The notes under the pieces: model-generated
Databases searched by the model: none
What the model saw: only the letters and a program-made list of their open reading frames with translations
Told to the model about the DNA's origin: nothing
Assembly: GCA_045807245.1 (NCBI GenBank)
Contig: JBJMHS010000026.1
Coordinates: 1-33,961 of the forward strand
Direction of reading: 5' to 3'
Origin: Actinomycetales bacterium
GTDB lineage: Bacteria > Actinomycetota > Actinomycetes > Actinomycetales > CAVURS01
DNA: 33,961 nucleotides
Shown here: positions 25,415 to 33,961 of the stretch, piece after piece
Layout: the number at the start of each line of letters is the position of its first letter
Numbering within the stretch: position 1 is the first letter of the stretch
Position numbers and translations under genes: made by a program

Positions 25415-26652
25415 CCTCCGCCGTTCCGGCGGAGGTCCTGCGGGCGCGCAACGCGGTCTACGCGGTCTTCGCGCTCAACGGGTTCCTCATGGCCAGCTGG
25501 GTGGCCCGCATCCCGGGGGCCCGCGCGACGCTCGACCTGTCCCCGGGCCGCCTGGGCCTGCTCCTGCTCTGCCTCGCTGCCGGGTCGGCGGTCGCGCTGC
25601 CGGTCGCCGGGCAGATCGTGCTCAAGATCGGCGCGCGGGGAGCCATGCGCGTGTTCGCCGCTGTGTGCTCCGGCGGCGCGATGATCGCGGGTGCCGGGGT
25701 GAGCGCCAAGCTGCCGCTTCTGGCCGCCGCCGGGCTCTTCGTCTACGGGCTCGGCACGAGCATCTGGGACGTCGCCATGAACGTCGAGGGCGCCGCCGTC
25801 GAGCAAGGGCTCAGGCGCTCGATCATGCCGCGGTTCCACGCGGCGTGGAGCCTGGGCGGCGTCGGTGGCGCCGGGATCGGTGCGGTCTTCGCTGCCCTCG
25901 ACGTGCCACTCGTCGTCCACCTGACCCTGGCAGGGGCCGCGGCACTCGTGGCCGCCGAAGCCGCCACCCACTGGTTCCTGCGGGCAGACCCGCACGGTGA
26001 GCATGCCGGGGCGCCGCCACGGGCGGCACTGATCGCCTGGACCGAACGCCGTACGTTGCTCATCGGCCTGGTGACGCTGTGCGCCGCGCTCGTCGAAGGA
26101 GTGGCCAACGACTGGTACGGACTGACGCTGGTCGACGGGTACCACCAGCGGCAGTACTTCGGCGCCATCGGGTTCGGCGTCTTCGTCACTCTGATGACGG
26201 TGGGGCGCGCGATGGGCACCGTCCTGATCGACCGCTTCGGCCGGGTCACCACCTTGCGGCTCTCCGCTCTGTCCGCGGCCACCGGGATCACGCTCGTCGT
26301 CGTCGGTCCCTGGCTGCCGGTCGCTCTGCTCGGCGGCGTGCTGTGGGGTGCCGGAGCCGCTCTCGGATTCCCGATGGGAATGAGCGCGGCGGCGGACGAC
26401 CCGGTGTGGGCCGCGCCCCGGCTCGGGGTCGTGACCTCGATCGGCTACCTGGCGTTCCTGGCCGGGCCGCCGTTGGTCGGGTTCGTCGCGGACGAGGTCG
26501 GCATCCGGCGGGCCGTCTCGGTGGTGCTCGTCGCCCTGCTCCTCATGGCGGTCCTGGCCCCGGTCGAACGGCCTCTGAGCGCGCCGGAGCGGGCCGAGGC
26601 GGCGGCACCCGGCGAGGCCAGCGGGAGCGGTGCCGGAGCCTTCACCTCTTGA
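25411..26652 (+). CDS. MFS transporter
   Basis: FALNGFLMASWVARIP, WDVAMNVEGAAVE...IMPRFHAAWSLG, EGVANDW, DRFGR, GYLAFLAGPPLVG. Confidence 0.9.
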   Translation: MTSAVPAEVLRARNAVYAVFALNGFLMASWVARIPGARATLDLSPGRLGLLLLCLAAGSAVALPVAGQIVLKIGARGAMRVFAAVCSGGAMIAGAGVSAKLPLLAAAGLFVYGLGTSIWDVAMNVEGAAVEQGLRRSIMPRFHAAWSLGGVGGAGIGAVFAALDVPLVVHLTLAGAAALVAAEAATHWFLRADPHGEHAGAPPRAALIAWTERRTLLIGLVTLCAALVEGVANDWYGLTLVDGYHQRQYFGAIGFGVFVTLMTVGRAMGTVLIDRFGRVTTLRLSALSAATGITLVVVGPWLPVALLGGVLWGAGAALGFPMGMSAAADDPVWAAPRLGVVTSIGYLAFLAGPPLVGFVADEVGIRRAVSVVLVALLLMAVLAPVERPLSAPERAEAAAPGEASGSGAGAFTS

Positions 26653-27074
26653 AGCTTCAGATAGGTACTGAGCCGGTGGCCACCCCGCACTGCTAGCTGG
26701 GTCAGCACCTGCTGCAGCTCCGGTACGTCACGCGTCACCAACGTGATCAGGTAGTCCATCTCGCCCGCAACCAGGTCGGCCGCGATGACCTGCGGCATCG
26801 AGCGCAGCATCTCCTCGAACGCGCTGCTGGCCCGCGGGTCGTGCTTGGTCAGGGTCGCCGCCACGTAGGTCTGGAGTGCGAAGCCCGCCGCCGCGGGGTC
26901 CAGCCGGGCGTTGATCACCCGGATCACGCCGGTCTCCTTGAGATGTCGGACGCGGTGCAGCGTCGCCGCAGGTGACAGGCCGACGGAGCGCGCTAGCTCG
27001 ACGTTCGTGACATCTGCATCCGTTTGGAGCAACGTCAGGAGCTGGATGTCAATTTCGTCAAGCGCAGCGGTCAT
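26445..27074 (-). CDS. Lrp/AsnC-family transcriptional regulator (C-terminus extended into the MFS gene)
   Basis: LDEIDIQLLTLLQTDADVTNVELARSVGLSPAATLHRVRHLKETGVI; VAGEMDYL; ATG 27074. Confidence 0.88.
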   Translation of the reverse strand: MTAALDEIDIQLLTLLQTDADVTNVELARSVGLSPAATLHRVRHLKETGVIRVINARLDPAAAGFALQTYVAATLTKHDPRASSAFEEMLRSMPQVIAADLVAGEMDYLITLVTRDVPELQQVLTQLAVRGGHRLSTYLKLQEVKAPAPLPLASPGAAASARSGALRGRSTGARTAMRSRATSTTETARRMPTSSATNPTNGGPARNAR

Positions 27075-27084
27075 AACACCGAAT

Positions 27085-27114
27085 ATTAGTGTGCGATGCG
27101 CGTGAATCACTAAT
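27085..27114. promoter_or_regulatory. AT-rich dyad in the lrp/eamA divergent region (candidate Lrp site)
   Basis: ATTAGTG-N16-CACTAAT in an otherwise GC-rich sequence. Confidence 0.45.
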
Positions 27115-27145
27115 TTGTCGGGCCGGACAACCCGATGATTGAACC

Positions 27146-28135
27146 GTGAACAGCCCCCGCCGTACCGCCGTGCTCGCTCTGACCTCCGCCGGAGTGCTCT
27201 GGGGCTCGAGCATGCCCCTGTCCAAGCTCTCGCTGGAGTGGCTCGCGCCGGGCTGGCTGACCGTCGTGCGGTTCGGGCTGGCCGCCCTGCTGCTCGCCGT
27301 CCCGGCCCGGGCCCACCTGCGCGCCGCCTTCACGCCGGAGATCGTGGTCTGGGGTGTCCTCGGCGTCGGCCTCTGCGTCGTGGTGCAGAACGTCGGTGTC
27401 GGTCTGACCAGCGTCAGCCACGCGTCGATGATGGTCGGCGCCATCCCGGTGCTGGTCGCGCTGATCGCGGGAGTCTGGCACCGCAGCCGGATCTCGGCCC
27501 GGGCCTGGATCGGTCTGCTCGTGTCGTTGGTCGGCGTCGCGGTGGTGGCCGGCGGCGGCGGTGGCCGGTCGAGCGTGTACGGCGACGGGCTCGTGCTGTT
27601 CTCGCTAGCCGTCAGTGCGGCGATGACCGTGGCCCAGGTGCGGATGCTGGCCGGGCGTGACCCGATGGCCGTGACCGCGGTGCAGTTCGCTGCCGGGGCG
27701 CTCGCTGCGCTGCCGATCGCGCTGCTGAGCGAGGGCGCGCCGCCGGCGGCTTCCTCGGTCGGGCCGGTTGTCGGCGTGCTGGCACTGTCGACCGTCGGCA
27801 CGATGCTGCCGTGGGTGCTGTTCGCGTTCGGCCAGGCGCGGGTGTCGCCAGTGGTCGCGGGTGCGTTCATCAACATCGAGCCGCTGATCGGCGCCGCAGC
27901 CGCGGCGCTCTTCTTCGGGGAGACCATCACGGCCGCGCAGATCGGAGCCGGCCTGGCCATCCTGACCGGAGTCGCCCTGAGCACGCTGGCCGCTGCCGTA
28001 CCCGCCGGGGAAGGCGCGGAGGCCTTCCCCGCGGCCGAGCCGGTCCGGCTCCCGCGTCAGCGCCGCGGGTCCGGCTGGCCGTGGGAGCTCGAGGACATCT
28101 CGGCCGACCTGCTGGTCACCGAGCGCGCCGCGTAG
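27146..28135 (+). CDS. EamA/DMT-family transporter
   Basis: LWGSSMPLSK, VRFGLA, QNVGVGLTSVSHAS, AGAFINIEPLIG...FFGE; about 10 TM segments. Confidence 0.88.
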   Translation: MNSPRRTAVLALTSAGVLWGSSMPLSKLSLEWLAPGWLTVVRFGLAALLLAVPARAHLRAAFTPEIVVWGVLGVGLCVVVQNVGVGLTSVSHASMMVGAIPVLVALIAGVWHRSRISARAWIGLLVSLVGVAVVAGGGGGRSSVYGDGLVLFSLAVSAAMTVAQVRMLAGRDPMAVTAVQFAAGALAALPIALLSEGAPPAASSVGPVVGVLALSTVGTMLPWVLFAFGQARVSPVVAGAFINIEPLIGAAAAALFFGETITAAQIGAGLAILTGVALSTLAAAVPAGEGAEAFPAAEPVRLPRQRRGSGWPWELEDISADLLVTERAA

Positions 28136-28141
28136 TTCTCC

Positions 28142-29017
28142 TCACCGCTCGTCGTACAGCTGCCCGGCGAACGCCACCACCAGGTCGGCCAGCCGGTCCG
28201 GCTGCTCCATCCCGATCATGTGCGCGACGTCGTCCCACACCACGGCGCGGGCGTTGGGCGCGTTCCGCTCGAGGTGGCGCGCGGTGTCGACGACGTAGCT
28301 GAAGTCCAGCGTCCCGGCCACCGCGAACACGGGGCAGCCGAGGTGCTCGAGCCGCTGTGCGGCGGGCGGGTCGAGCTGCTGGCGCCGGCCCATCACGTGT
28401 CGGGGCTGGTTGATCGCGCGGTCCCACGTGCGTACCGCGTCCCGAACCCACTGCGGCGCCCGGCCGGCCGGCTGGCCGGGACCGTCCACCCACGCACTGA
28501 CGTCCAGCTCCGCGATCGCGTCCGGGTCCGGGGGGCCGGCGGACTCGAGTCGCTCCATCTCGGCGAAGATCTTCAGCTCCTCGGGGGTGTCCACCCCGTC
28601 GTACCCGCTCAGGCCGGCGCCTACCCCGACCACGCCGACGACCCGCTCGGGGTACTCGAGCGCGGTGTCGAACGCCAGCGAGCCGCCCATGGAGTTGCCG
28701 ACGAGCACGGCCCGGCCGACGCCCGCGGCATCGAGCACCGCGATGACGTCCGCGCGCGGTGAGAAGCCGAGGTCCTCGGTCGTCGACCGGCCCCAGCCGC
28801 GCAGGTCCGGCCGGATCACGCGCAGGCCGGCGCTGGTGAGTGCGTCGGCCACGGCATCCCAGGACTCGAGCTGGGCGATGCCGGCGTGCAGCAGCACCAC
28901 CGGGGGACCGTCGCCCTCGTCCCGGTAGCGCAGGCGGCCGTGCGGGACGTCGAGGTAATGGTCGCGCGGGTCGGGCCGGTCGGGCTGGTCGGGCTGGTCG
29001 GGCTCAGGCTCGGTCAC
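28142..29017 (-). CDS. Alpha/beta-fold hydrolase
   Basis: VVLLHAG, PDLRGWGRS, nucleophile LVGNSMGG, GTLD acid, VAHMIGMEQP His; start GTG 29017 (29041 alternative); short PDQ repeats at the N-terminus. Confidence 0.9.
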   Translation of the reverse strand: MTEPEPDQPDQPDRPDPRDHYLDVPHGRLRYRDEGDGPPVVLLHAGIAQLESWDAVADALTSAGLRVIRPDLRGWGRSTTEDLGFSPRADVIAVLDAAGVGRAVLVGNSMGGSLAFDTALEYPERVVGVVGVGAGLSGYDGVDTPEELKIFAEMERLESAGPPDPDAIAELDVSAWVDGPGQPAGRAPQWVRDAVRTWDRAINQPRHVMGRRQQLDPPAAQRLEHLGCPVFAVAGTLDFSYVVDTARHLERNAPNARAVVWDDVAHMIGMEQPDRLADLVVAFAGQLYDER

Positions 29018-29082
29018 GTCGCGATCCTCACTCCCGGGCACCGGGCTGCCAAGCGATTTCCCGCCGGTAGCGTTTCCTCGCC

Positions 29083-30168
29083 ATGGACCTTGCCCCGCAG
29101 CCGAGCCCGGACGTCGCCGAGAACGCGCGCCTGGCCGACCTGACGACCCTGCGCGTCGGAGGCCCCGCGGCGCGGCTGGTGACGGTGACCACGACCGACG
29201 ACCTGGTGGACGCCGTGCGCGAGGTCGACGACGCGGACGAGCCGCTGCTGGTCCTCGCCGGCGGGTCGAACGTGCTGGTGAGCGACGAGGGCTTCGCGGG
29301 CACGGTCGTCCGCGTCGCCACGACGGGTGTGCACGTCGAGTCGTCGGACACGTGCAGCGGGATGTCGGTGCGGGTCGCGGCGGGCGAGCCCTGGGACGAG
29401 GTCGTGGTCCAGGCGGTCGACGAGGGCTGGGTCGGCATCGAGGCCTTGTCCGGCGTCCCCGGCTCGACCGGTGCGACGCCGGTCCAGAACGTCGGCGCGT
29501 ACGGCCAGGAGGTCGCGCAGACCATCAGCTCGGTGCGCACGTGGGACCGGCGTGAGGAGCGGGTGCGCACCTTCGCCGTGGGGGAGTGCGGTTTCGGGTA
29601 TCGCACGTCGATGTTCAAGCACGACCACCGGTACGTCGTGCTGGACGTGACGTTCCAGCTGCCGTTCGGCGACCGGTCGACGCCCCTCGGGTACGCCGAC
29701 CTGGCGCGGGCGTTGGATGCGCAGCTCGGCGACCGGGTGCCGCTCGCGGACGCTCGGCGGGCCGTCCTGGCGCAGCGCCGCAGCCGCGGCATGGTCCTCG
29801 ACGCCGAGGACCACGACACCTGGAGCGCGGGCTCCTTCTTCACCAACCCGGTCCTGTCGACGGCTGCCTTCGCCCGGCTGTCCGCGCGGGCCGGCCTGGC
29901 CGGTGTCGGCGACCCCCCGTCGTACCCGGCTGAGAACGGGGTGAAGACGAGCGCGGCCTGGCTGATCGAGCGGGCGGGCTTCGGCAAGGGGTACGGGCTG
30001 CCCGGGCCGGCCGCCCTGTCGGCCAAGCACGTCCTGGCGCTGACCAACCGGGGTACGGCGACCGCTGCCGATCTGCTGGTGCTGGCCCGCGCCGTACGGG
30101 ACGGCGTCCAGCGGACGTTCGGCGTGCGGCTGGAGCCCGAGCCGCGTCTGGTCGCCCTGTCCCTCTAG
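29083..30168 (+). CDS. murB: UDP-N-acetylenolpyruvoylglucosamine reductase
   Basis: TTLRVGGPA, LAGGSNVLV, LSGVPGSTGATPVQNVGAYG, FGYRTSMFK, SAGSFFTNP, KHVLALTN, LEPEP. Confidence 0.96.
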   Translation: MDLAPQPSPDVAENARLADLTTLRVGGPAARLVTVTTTDDLVDAVREVDDADEPLLVLAGGSNVLVSDEGFAGTVVRVATTGVHVESSDTCSGMSVRVAAGEPWDEVVVQAVDEGWVGIEALSGVPGSTGATPVQNVGAYGQEVAQTISSVRTWDRREERVRTFAVGECGFGYRTSMFKHDHRYVVLDVTFQLPFGDRSTPLGYADLARALDAQLGDRVPLADARRAVLAQRRSRGMVLDAEDHDTWSAGSFFTNPVLSTAAFARLSARAGLAGVGDPPSYPAENGVKTSAAWLIERAGFGKGYGLPGPAALSAKHVLALTNRGTATAADLLVLARAVRDGVQRTFGVRLEPEPRLVALSL

Positions 30169-30170
30169 CC

Positions 30171-30274
30171 CGTGCTCCCTGCCGCGCGCGGTGCTCCCCA
30201 GCGCCCGGTTGCTGCACCCGGAATACGCGCGTCCCACCGGGCAGCAGGGAGCACCGCGCGGGCTGGGGAGCACG
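30171..30274. repeat. REP/MITE-like imperfect inverted repeat (about 39-bp arms) filling the murB-add gap
   Basis: Left arm CGTGCTCCC-TGCC-G-CGCGCG-GTGCTCCC-CAGC-GCCCGGT; reverse complement of right arm CGTGCTCCC-CAGC-C-CGCGCG-GTGCTCCC-TGCT-GCCCGGT. Confidence 0.75.
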
Positions 30275-31297
30275 CTAGGGCGCGGCCAGCCAGGCGTCGA
30301 TGCCCGCCAGCAGCTCGGCCCGGACGGCGTCGGGCGCGCGCGAACCGCGCACCGAGTCGCGGGCCAGCTCGGCCAGCTCACCGTCGTCGAAGCCGTGCGT
30401 CTCACGCGCGAACGTGTACTGGTCGGCCAGCCGCGAGCCGAACAGCAGCGGGTCGTCCGCACCCAACGCGAGCCGGGCGCCGGCCTCCCGCAGCGCCCGC
30501 AGGGGCACGGCCGCCTGGTCGGCGTAGACCCCGAGCGCCACATTGCTGCCCGGGCAGACCTCCAGGGTGATGCCCCGCTCGACGACGTCGCAGAGCACCG
30601 ACCGGTCCTCGACCGAGCGCACCCCGTGGCCGATCCGGTCCGGTGCCAGCGAGTCCAGGGTCGTGCGAACGTGATCCGGCCCGAGCAGCTCACCGCTGTG
30701 CGGGACCGACGCCAGCCCGGCCTGCCGGGCGATCCGGAAGGCGCCTGCGAACTCGCTCGTGTCGCCCCTGCGCTCGTCGTTGCTCAGCCCGAACCCCACG
30801 ACCTCGCCGGTGCTGTCACCGGCATGCCGTACGGCGAGCCGGGCCAAGGTGCGCGCGTCCAGCGGGTGCCGCATCCGGCTCGCGGCGACGATCAGCGAGA
30901 GGCCCACACCTGTTGCGGCAGAGGCGTTTCGGGCCGCGTCCTGGATGAGCTCGAGCGTCGCGGTGAGCCCGCCGAGGTGCACGGCGTACGACGTCGGGTC
31001 GACCTGCAGCTCCAGCCAGTGCGACCCGTCGGCGGCGTCGTCCTGCGCCGCTTCGAGCACCAGCCGTCGCACGTCGGACTCGTCCCGCACGCACGAGCGC
31101 GCGATGTCGTACAGCCGCTGGAACCGGAACCAGCCCTTCTCGTCGGTCGCCCGCAGCCGCGGTGGACGGCCGAACGTGAGTGCCTCCGGCAGGGAGATGC
31201 CATGCCGGGCGGCCAGCTCGAGCAGCGTCCCCGGCCGCATGGAGCCGGTGAAGTGCAGGTGCAGGTGGGCCTTGGGCAACAACCGGACGTCGCGCAA
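30275..31297 (-). CDS. add: Adenosine deaminase family protein
   Basis: LPKAHLHLHFTGSMR, FGLSNDE, PHSGE, RIGHGV, LEVCPGSN, LGADDPLLFG. Confidence 0.9.
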   Translation of the reverse strand: MRDVRLLPKAHLHLHFTGSMRPGTLLELAARHGISLPEALTFGRPPRLRATDEKGWFRFQRLYDIARSCVRDESDVRRLVLEAAQDDAADGSHWLELQVDPTSYAVHLGGLTATLELIQDAARNASAATGVGLSLIVAASRMRHPLDARTLARLAVRHAGDSTGEVVGFGLSNDERRGDTSEFAGAFRIARQAGLASVPHSGELLGPDHVRTTLDSLAPDRIGHGVRSVEDRSVLCDVVERGITLEVCPGSNVALGVYADQAAVPLRALREAGARLALGADDPLLFGSRLADQYTFARETHGFDDGELAELARDSVRGSRAPDAVRAELLAGIDAWLAAP

Positions 31298-31300
31298 CGT

Positions 31301-32119
31301 CTAGCCCCGCTGCTCCACGACCCAGCGGAACGTGCGCGTCGCCAGGAACAGCCCGACGACCAGCCACGCGCTTAGGACGACCGCGCCGAGCCCCAGCTGG
31401 TAGGACCCGCCCGGCTCGGCCTGCACCATCTCGGCCGGCAGGAACACCGACCGCATGCCCTGCGCCATCCACTTGAGAGGGAACACCGACGCGATCGCGT
31501 GCATCCACGTCGGCAGCTGGCTGTAGGTGAAGTACACCCCGGAGATGAACTGCAGGATGATCACGACCGGAGTGACGACCGTCGCCGCTGACCGCCCGGA
31601 CTTCGGCAGGGACGAGAACGCGATGCCCAGGGCCGTACCCGCGGCCGCCCCGATGACCACCAGCCAGGCGAGTCTCAGCCAGCGGTCCGGGTCGCCGGGG
31701 AGATGCACGCCGAAGAACAGCCGCGCGATCGACAGCAGGATGACCAGCTGGATCACGGTCACCACCACGACCTGGCCGATCTTGCCCAGGAAGTAGGCGA
31801 GCGGCGGCATCGGCGTGCCGCGCAGCAGCTTGAGCGTCCCCGCATCGCGCTCGACCGCGATGCTGATGGCCAGGGACTGGAAGCTCGACTGCATGACGCC
31901 GGTGGCGACCATCCCGGTGAGGTAGTACTGCGCCGCCGTGATCCCCTGCCCGCGGACTTCGATGAAGTCGGGTCGCGAGCCGAACACGGACGAGAAGATC
32001 AGCAGCATCACGACCGGGAAGGCGAAGATGAACACCACCGCCTCCCGCTCCCGGAAGAACTCCTTGAGCTCGATCCGGGTCCGCGAAAAGCCCAGTGCCG
32101 CAACATTTTTCGCGGTCAC
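31301..32119 (-). CDS. ABC-2 type exporter permease
   Basis: FFREREAVVFIFAFP, ERDAGTLKLLRGTP, FISGVYF, VFPLKWMAQGMRSVFLP; GTG overlaps the ATPase stop. Confidence 0.9.
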   Translation of the reverse strand: MTAKNVAALGFSRTRIELKEFFREREAVVFIFAFPVVMLLIFSSVFGSRPDFIEVRGQGITAAQYYLTGMVATGVMQSSFQSLAISIAVERDAGTLKLLRGTPMPPLAYFLGKIGQVVVVTVIQLVILLSIARLFFGVHLPGDPDRWLRLAWLVVIGAAAGTALGIAFSSLPKSGRSAATVVTPVVIILQFISGVYFTYSQLPTWMHAIASVFPLKWMAQGMRSVFLPAEMVQAEPGGSYQLGLGAVVLSAWLVVGLFLATRTFRWVVEQRG

Positions 32120-32961
32120 GACTGTCCTTCGGCGATCATGTCGAGGTAGATGTCCTCCAGGCGTGGCCGCCGTACCTCCAGATCCGGTACGCCGGCCGGG
32201 AACCTCGGCGCGAGAGCCAGCACCGCTGCCGTCGGGTCGGTCGTGCGCGCTTCGTGCACCTGGCCGTCCTCCCGCCAGCGCACGACGGGCGTCCGGCGCT
32301 GCGCGCCACCGAGCTGGGCCACCGTGTTGACCTCGAGCAGCCGGCCGCCCGCGATGACGCCGACCCGGTCGGCCAGATGTTCGGCCTCGTCCAGGTAGTG
32401 CGTGGTCAGGAGCATCGTCGTCCCGTCCGCCCGCAGCGAGGTGAGCAGGTTCCAGAAGGCGTGCCGGGCTTGGGGGTCGAAGCCGGTCGTCGGCTCGTCG
32501 AGGAACAGCACCTCCGGCCGGCCCACGATCCCGAGCGCGACGTCGAGGCGGCGCCGCTGACCGCCGGAGAGCGCACCGGCGCGGCGGCCGCGATGCTCGC
32601 TGAGCCCGACGGCCTCGATCACCTCGTCGGCGTCCCGAGGGGCCGGATAGAAACCGGCGAAGTGGTGGACCAGCTCGGCCACCGTCAGCTCTCCCGCCTC
32701 GCCCGTCGACTGCAGGACGATGCCGACCCGGGAGCGCCAGGCCTGGTCCCGCTGCGCCGGGTCGTGGCCGAGCACGCTGACCTCTCCGGAGTCGCGGTCG
32801 CGGAAGCCCTCCAGGATCTCCACGGTGGTCGTCTTGCCCGCGCCGTTCGGTCCGAGCAGAGCGAAGATCTCGCCGGCCGAGATGTCGAGGTCGACCCCGT
32901 CGACGGCCCGCCGCCCGCCGTACGTCTTGACCAGCCCGCGCACGCGAATCACCAGACTCAC
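32116..32961 (-). CDS. ABC transporter ATP-binding protein
   Basis: Walker A GPNGAGKTT, signature LSGGQRRR, Walker B VLFLDEPT, H-loop LTTHY. Confidence 0.95.
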   Translation of the reverse strand: MSLVIRVRGLVKTYGGRRAVDGVDLDISAGEIFALLGPNGAGKTTTVEILEGFRDRDSGEVSVLGHDPAQRDQAWRSRVGIVLQSTGEAGELTVAELVHHFAGFYPAPRDADEVIEAVGLSEHRGRRAGALSGGQRRRLDVALGIVGRPEVLFLDEPTTGFDPQARHAFWNLLTSLRADGTTMLLTTHYLDEAEHLADRVGVIAGGRLLEVNTVAQLGGAQRRTPVVRWREDGQVHEARTTDPTAAVLALAPRFPAGVPDLEVRRPRLEDIYLDMIAEGQS

Positions 32962-33113
32962 GCCGCAACTATGGCGTGAACCGTCGCGAGCCGGTTCACG
33001 AGATGGGTCGGCCTGGACCCCACGTGGTCAGCGCTCCGTAGTCGGACCGTCGCAAGCAGCGAGTTTTCCCGGGACCCGCCCCGGTCGCGGAAGATCCTGG
33101 CTACCGTGACCGG

Positions 33114-33710
33114 GTGAGCCGGAAGAACCCGGCCCGCCGGGGTCCCCTGCTCCTTGCCTTGACCACCGTGCTGGCCGCTGCCCTCGCGGGCTGCAGTGGT
33201 GCGTCGGACGCTGGACCGCCGCCGCCCGGTGCGACGAGCACCGGCGTGACCGGAGACCCCGTCGCGGCGCCGAGCGACACCCCGAGCGCGAGCGACCCGC
33301 CGACGGCGCAGGTCGACCCGCGCGACCTGGCCGCGAAGGCGGCGGTGACGCAGGTCCAGATCATGTACGCCGAGTACAACCTGATGCTGTCCAGCGGGCT
33401 CGCGGACCGGTACCGCGCGACCTACGCGCGGGCCTGCAGCGCTTGCACGCGCGAGGCGCAGCGGGTCTTGCGGATCGCGCAGCGCGGCCAGCACATCGTG
33501 GGCGGAATCTGCACGGTCTCGCACCTGCACGCCGTCGAGATCCACAGCAAGACGGTCATCGTGCGCGGCCGGTTCGCCGAGTCGGCCGCACTGGTCATGG
33601 ACGGCCACACGGTCGTCAACCGGCAGCCGGCGATCCGGCCGACCACCATGATGTGGACGTTGTCGAACGCCGCCGGGCGGTGGCTCGTCTACCAGGCCAA
33701 GGACTTCTAG
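33114..33710 (+). CDS. Putative lipoprotein
   Basis: Basic N-terminus, hydrophobic stretch, lipobox LAGC, Pro/Thr/Ser linker, then a domain with CSAC. Confidence 0.75.
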   Translation: MSRKNPARRGPLLLALTTVLAAALAGCSGASDAGPPPPGATSTGVTGDPVAAPSDTPSASDPPTAQVDPRDLAAKAAVTQVQIMYAEYNLMLSSGLADRYRATYARACSACTREAQRVLRIAQRGQHIVGGICTVSHLHAVEIHSKTVIVRGRFAESAALVMDGHTVVNRQPAIRPTTMMWTLSNAAGRWLVYQAKDF

Positions 33711-33961
33711 GTGTGATGTCCGGCCAGGTTGTCCAACCTGGTGATGGGTGCGGCCTTTCCGATTGCTGAGTGGGGCCGGTGGTGGTTGTACTGGTGGACC
33801 CATGCTGGCAGTGCGGCGAGTCTGGCTGACTCGGAGGTGTAGAGCTTCTTGAAGGCCCAGCCCTCGGCCAGGGTGCGGTGGAAGCGTTCGATCTTGCCGT
33901 TGGTCTGGGGCCGGTAGGGCCGCGTTCGCCTGTGGATCACTCCGAGCTCGGCGCAGGTGTC
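33707..33961 (-). CDS. IS481-family transposase, C-terminal part (5'-partial)
   Basis: DTCAELGVIHRRTRPYRPQTNGKIERFHRTL.EGWA...YNHHRPHSAIG..PITRLDNLAGHHT*; frame open to the window end. Confidence 0.93.
   Translation of the reverse strand, partial: DTCAELGVIHRRTRPYRPQTNGKIERFHRTLAEGWAFKKLYTSESARLAALPAWVHQYNHHRPHSAIGKAAPITRLDNLAGHHT
33712..33961 (-). mobile_element. IS481-family insertion sequence, right end
   Basis: Terminus begins TGTGATGTCCGGCCAGGTT at 33712, next to TCTAGG (33706-33711), an NCTAGN target typical of IS481; lower GC than flanking genes. Confidence 0.85.

Noticed and set aside
32120..32968. N-terminal extension of the ABC permease ORF (555 aa in the track)
   Set aside because: Off-frame overlap with the ATPase gene; the permease starts at GTG 32119.

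Overview
High-GC actinomycete chromosomal segment. Left to right: (1) 3' end of a BNR/Asp-box beta-propeller gene. (2) An NHEJ locus split into a ligase-only LigD, Ku with a lysine-rich repeat tail, and a LigD phosphoesterase fused to an apparently catalytically dead ligase domain. (3) A membrane GGDEF-EAL protein behind a FliA/WhiG-like promoter. (4) A tightly coupled minus-strand six-gene operon: GntR/UTRA regulator, APC permease, PfkB kinase-SIS fusion, Pol-beta-like nucleotidyltransferase, GNDD-type metallophosphoesterase and LOG-family protein. It resembles a fructoselysine (frl)-type catabolic core extended by an uncharacterised nucleotidyl 'write/erase/hydrolyse' module and is the best candidate for an undescribed system. 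(5) Regulator/transporter pairs (MerR-MFS, ABATE/CGNR-EamA, YciI/DGPF-ECF42 sigma) with readable operators or promoters. (6) A frameshifted DUF222-HNH gene with an exact PafBC (RecA-NDp)-type promoter. (7) The core tRNA-Thr, tRNA-Met, rpmG, MaoC pair, MFS, murB and add region, interrupted by an Lrp/EamA/hydrolase block. (8) An ABC exporter, a lipoprotein and the right end of an IS481-family element. All calls come from motif reading by eye; no database searches were run.
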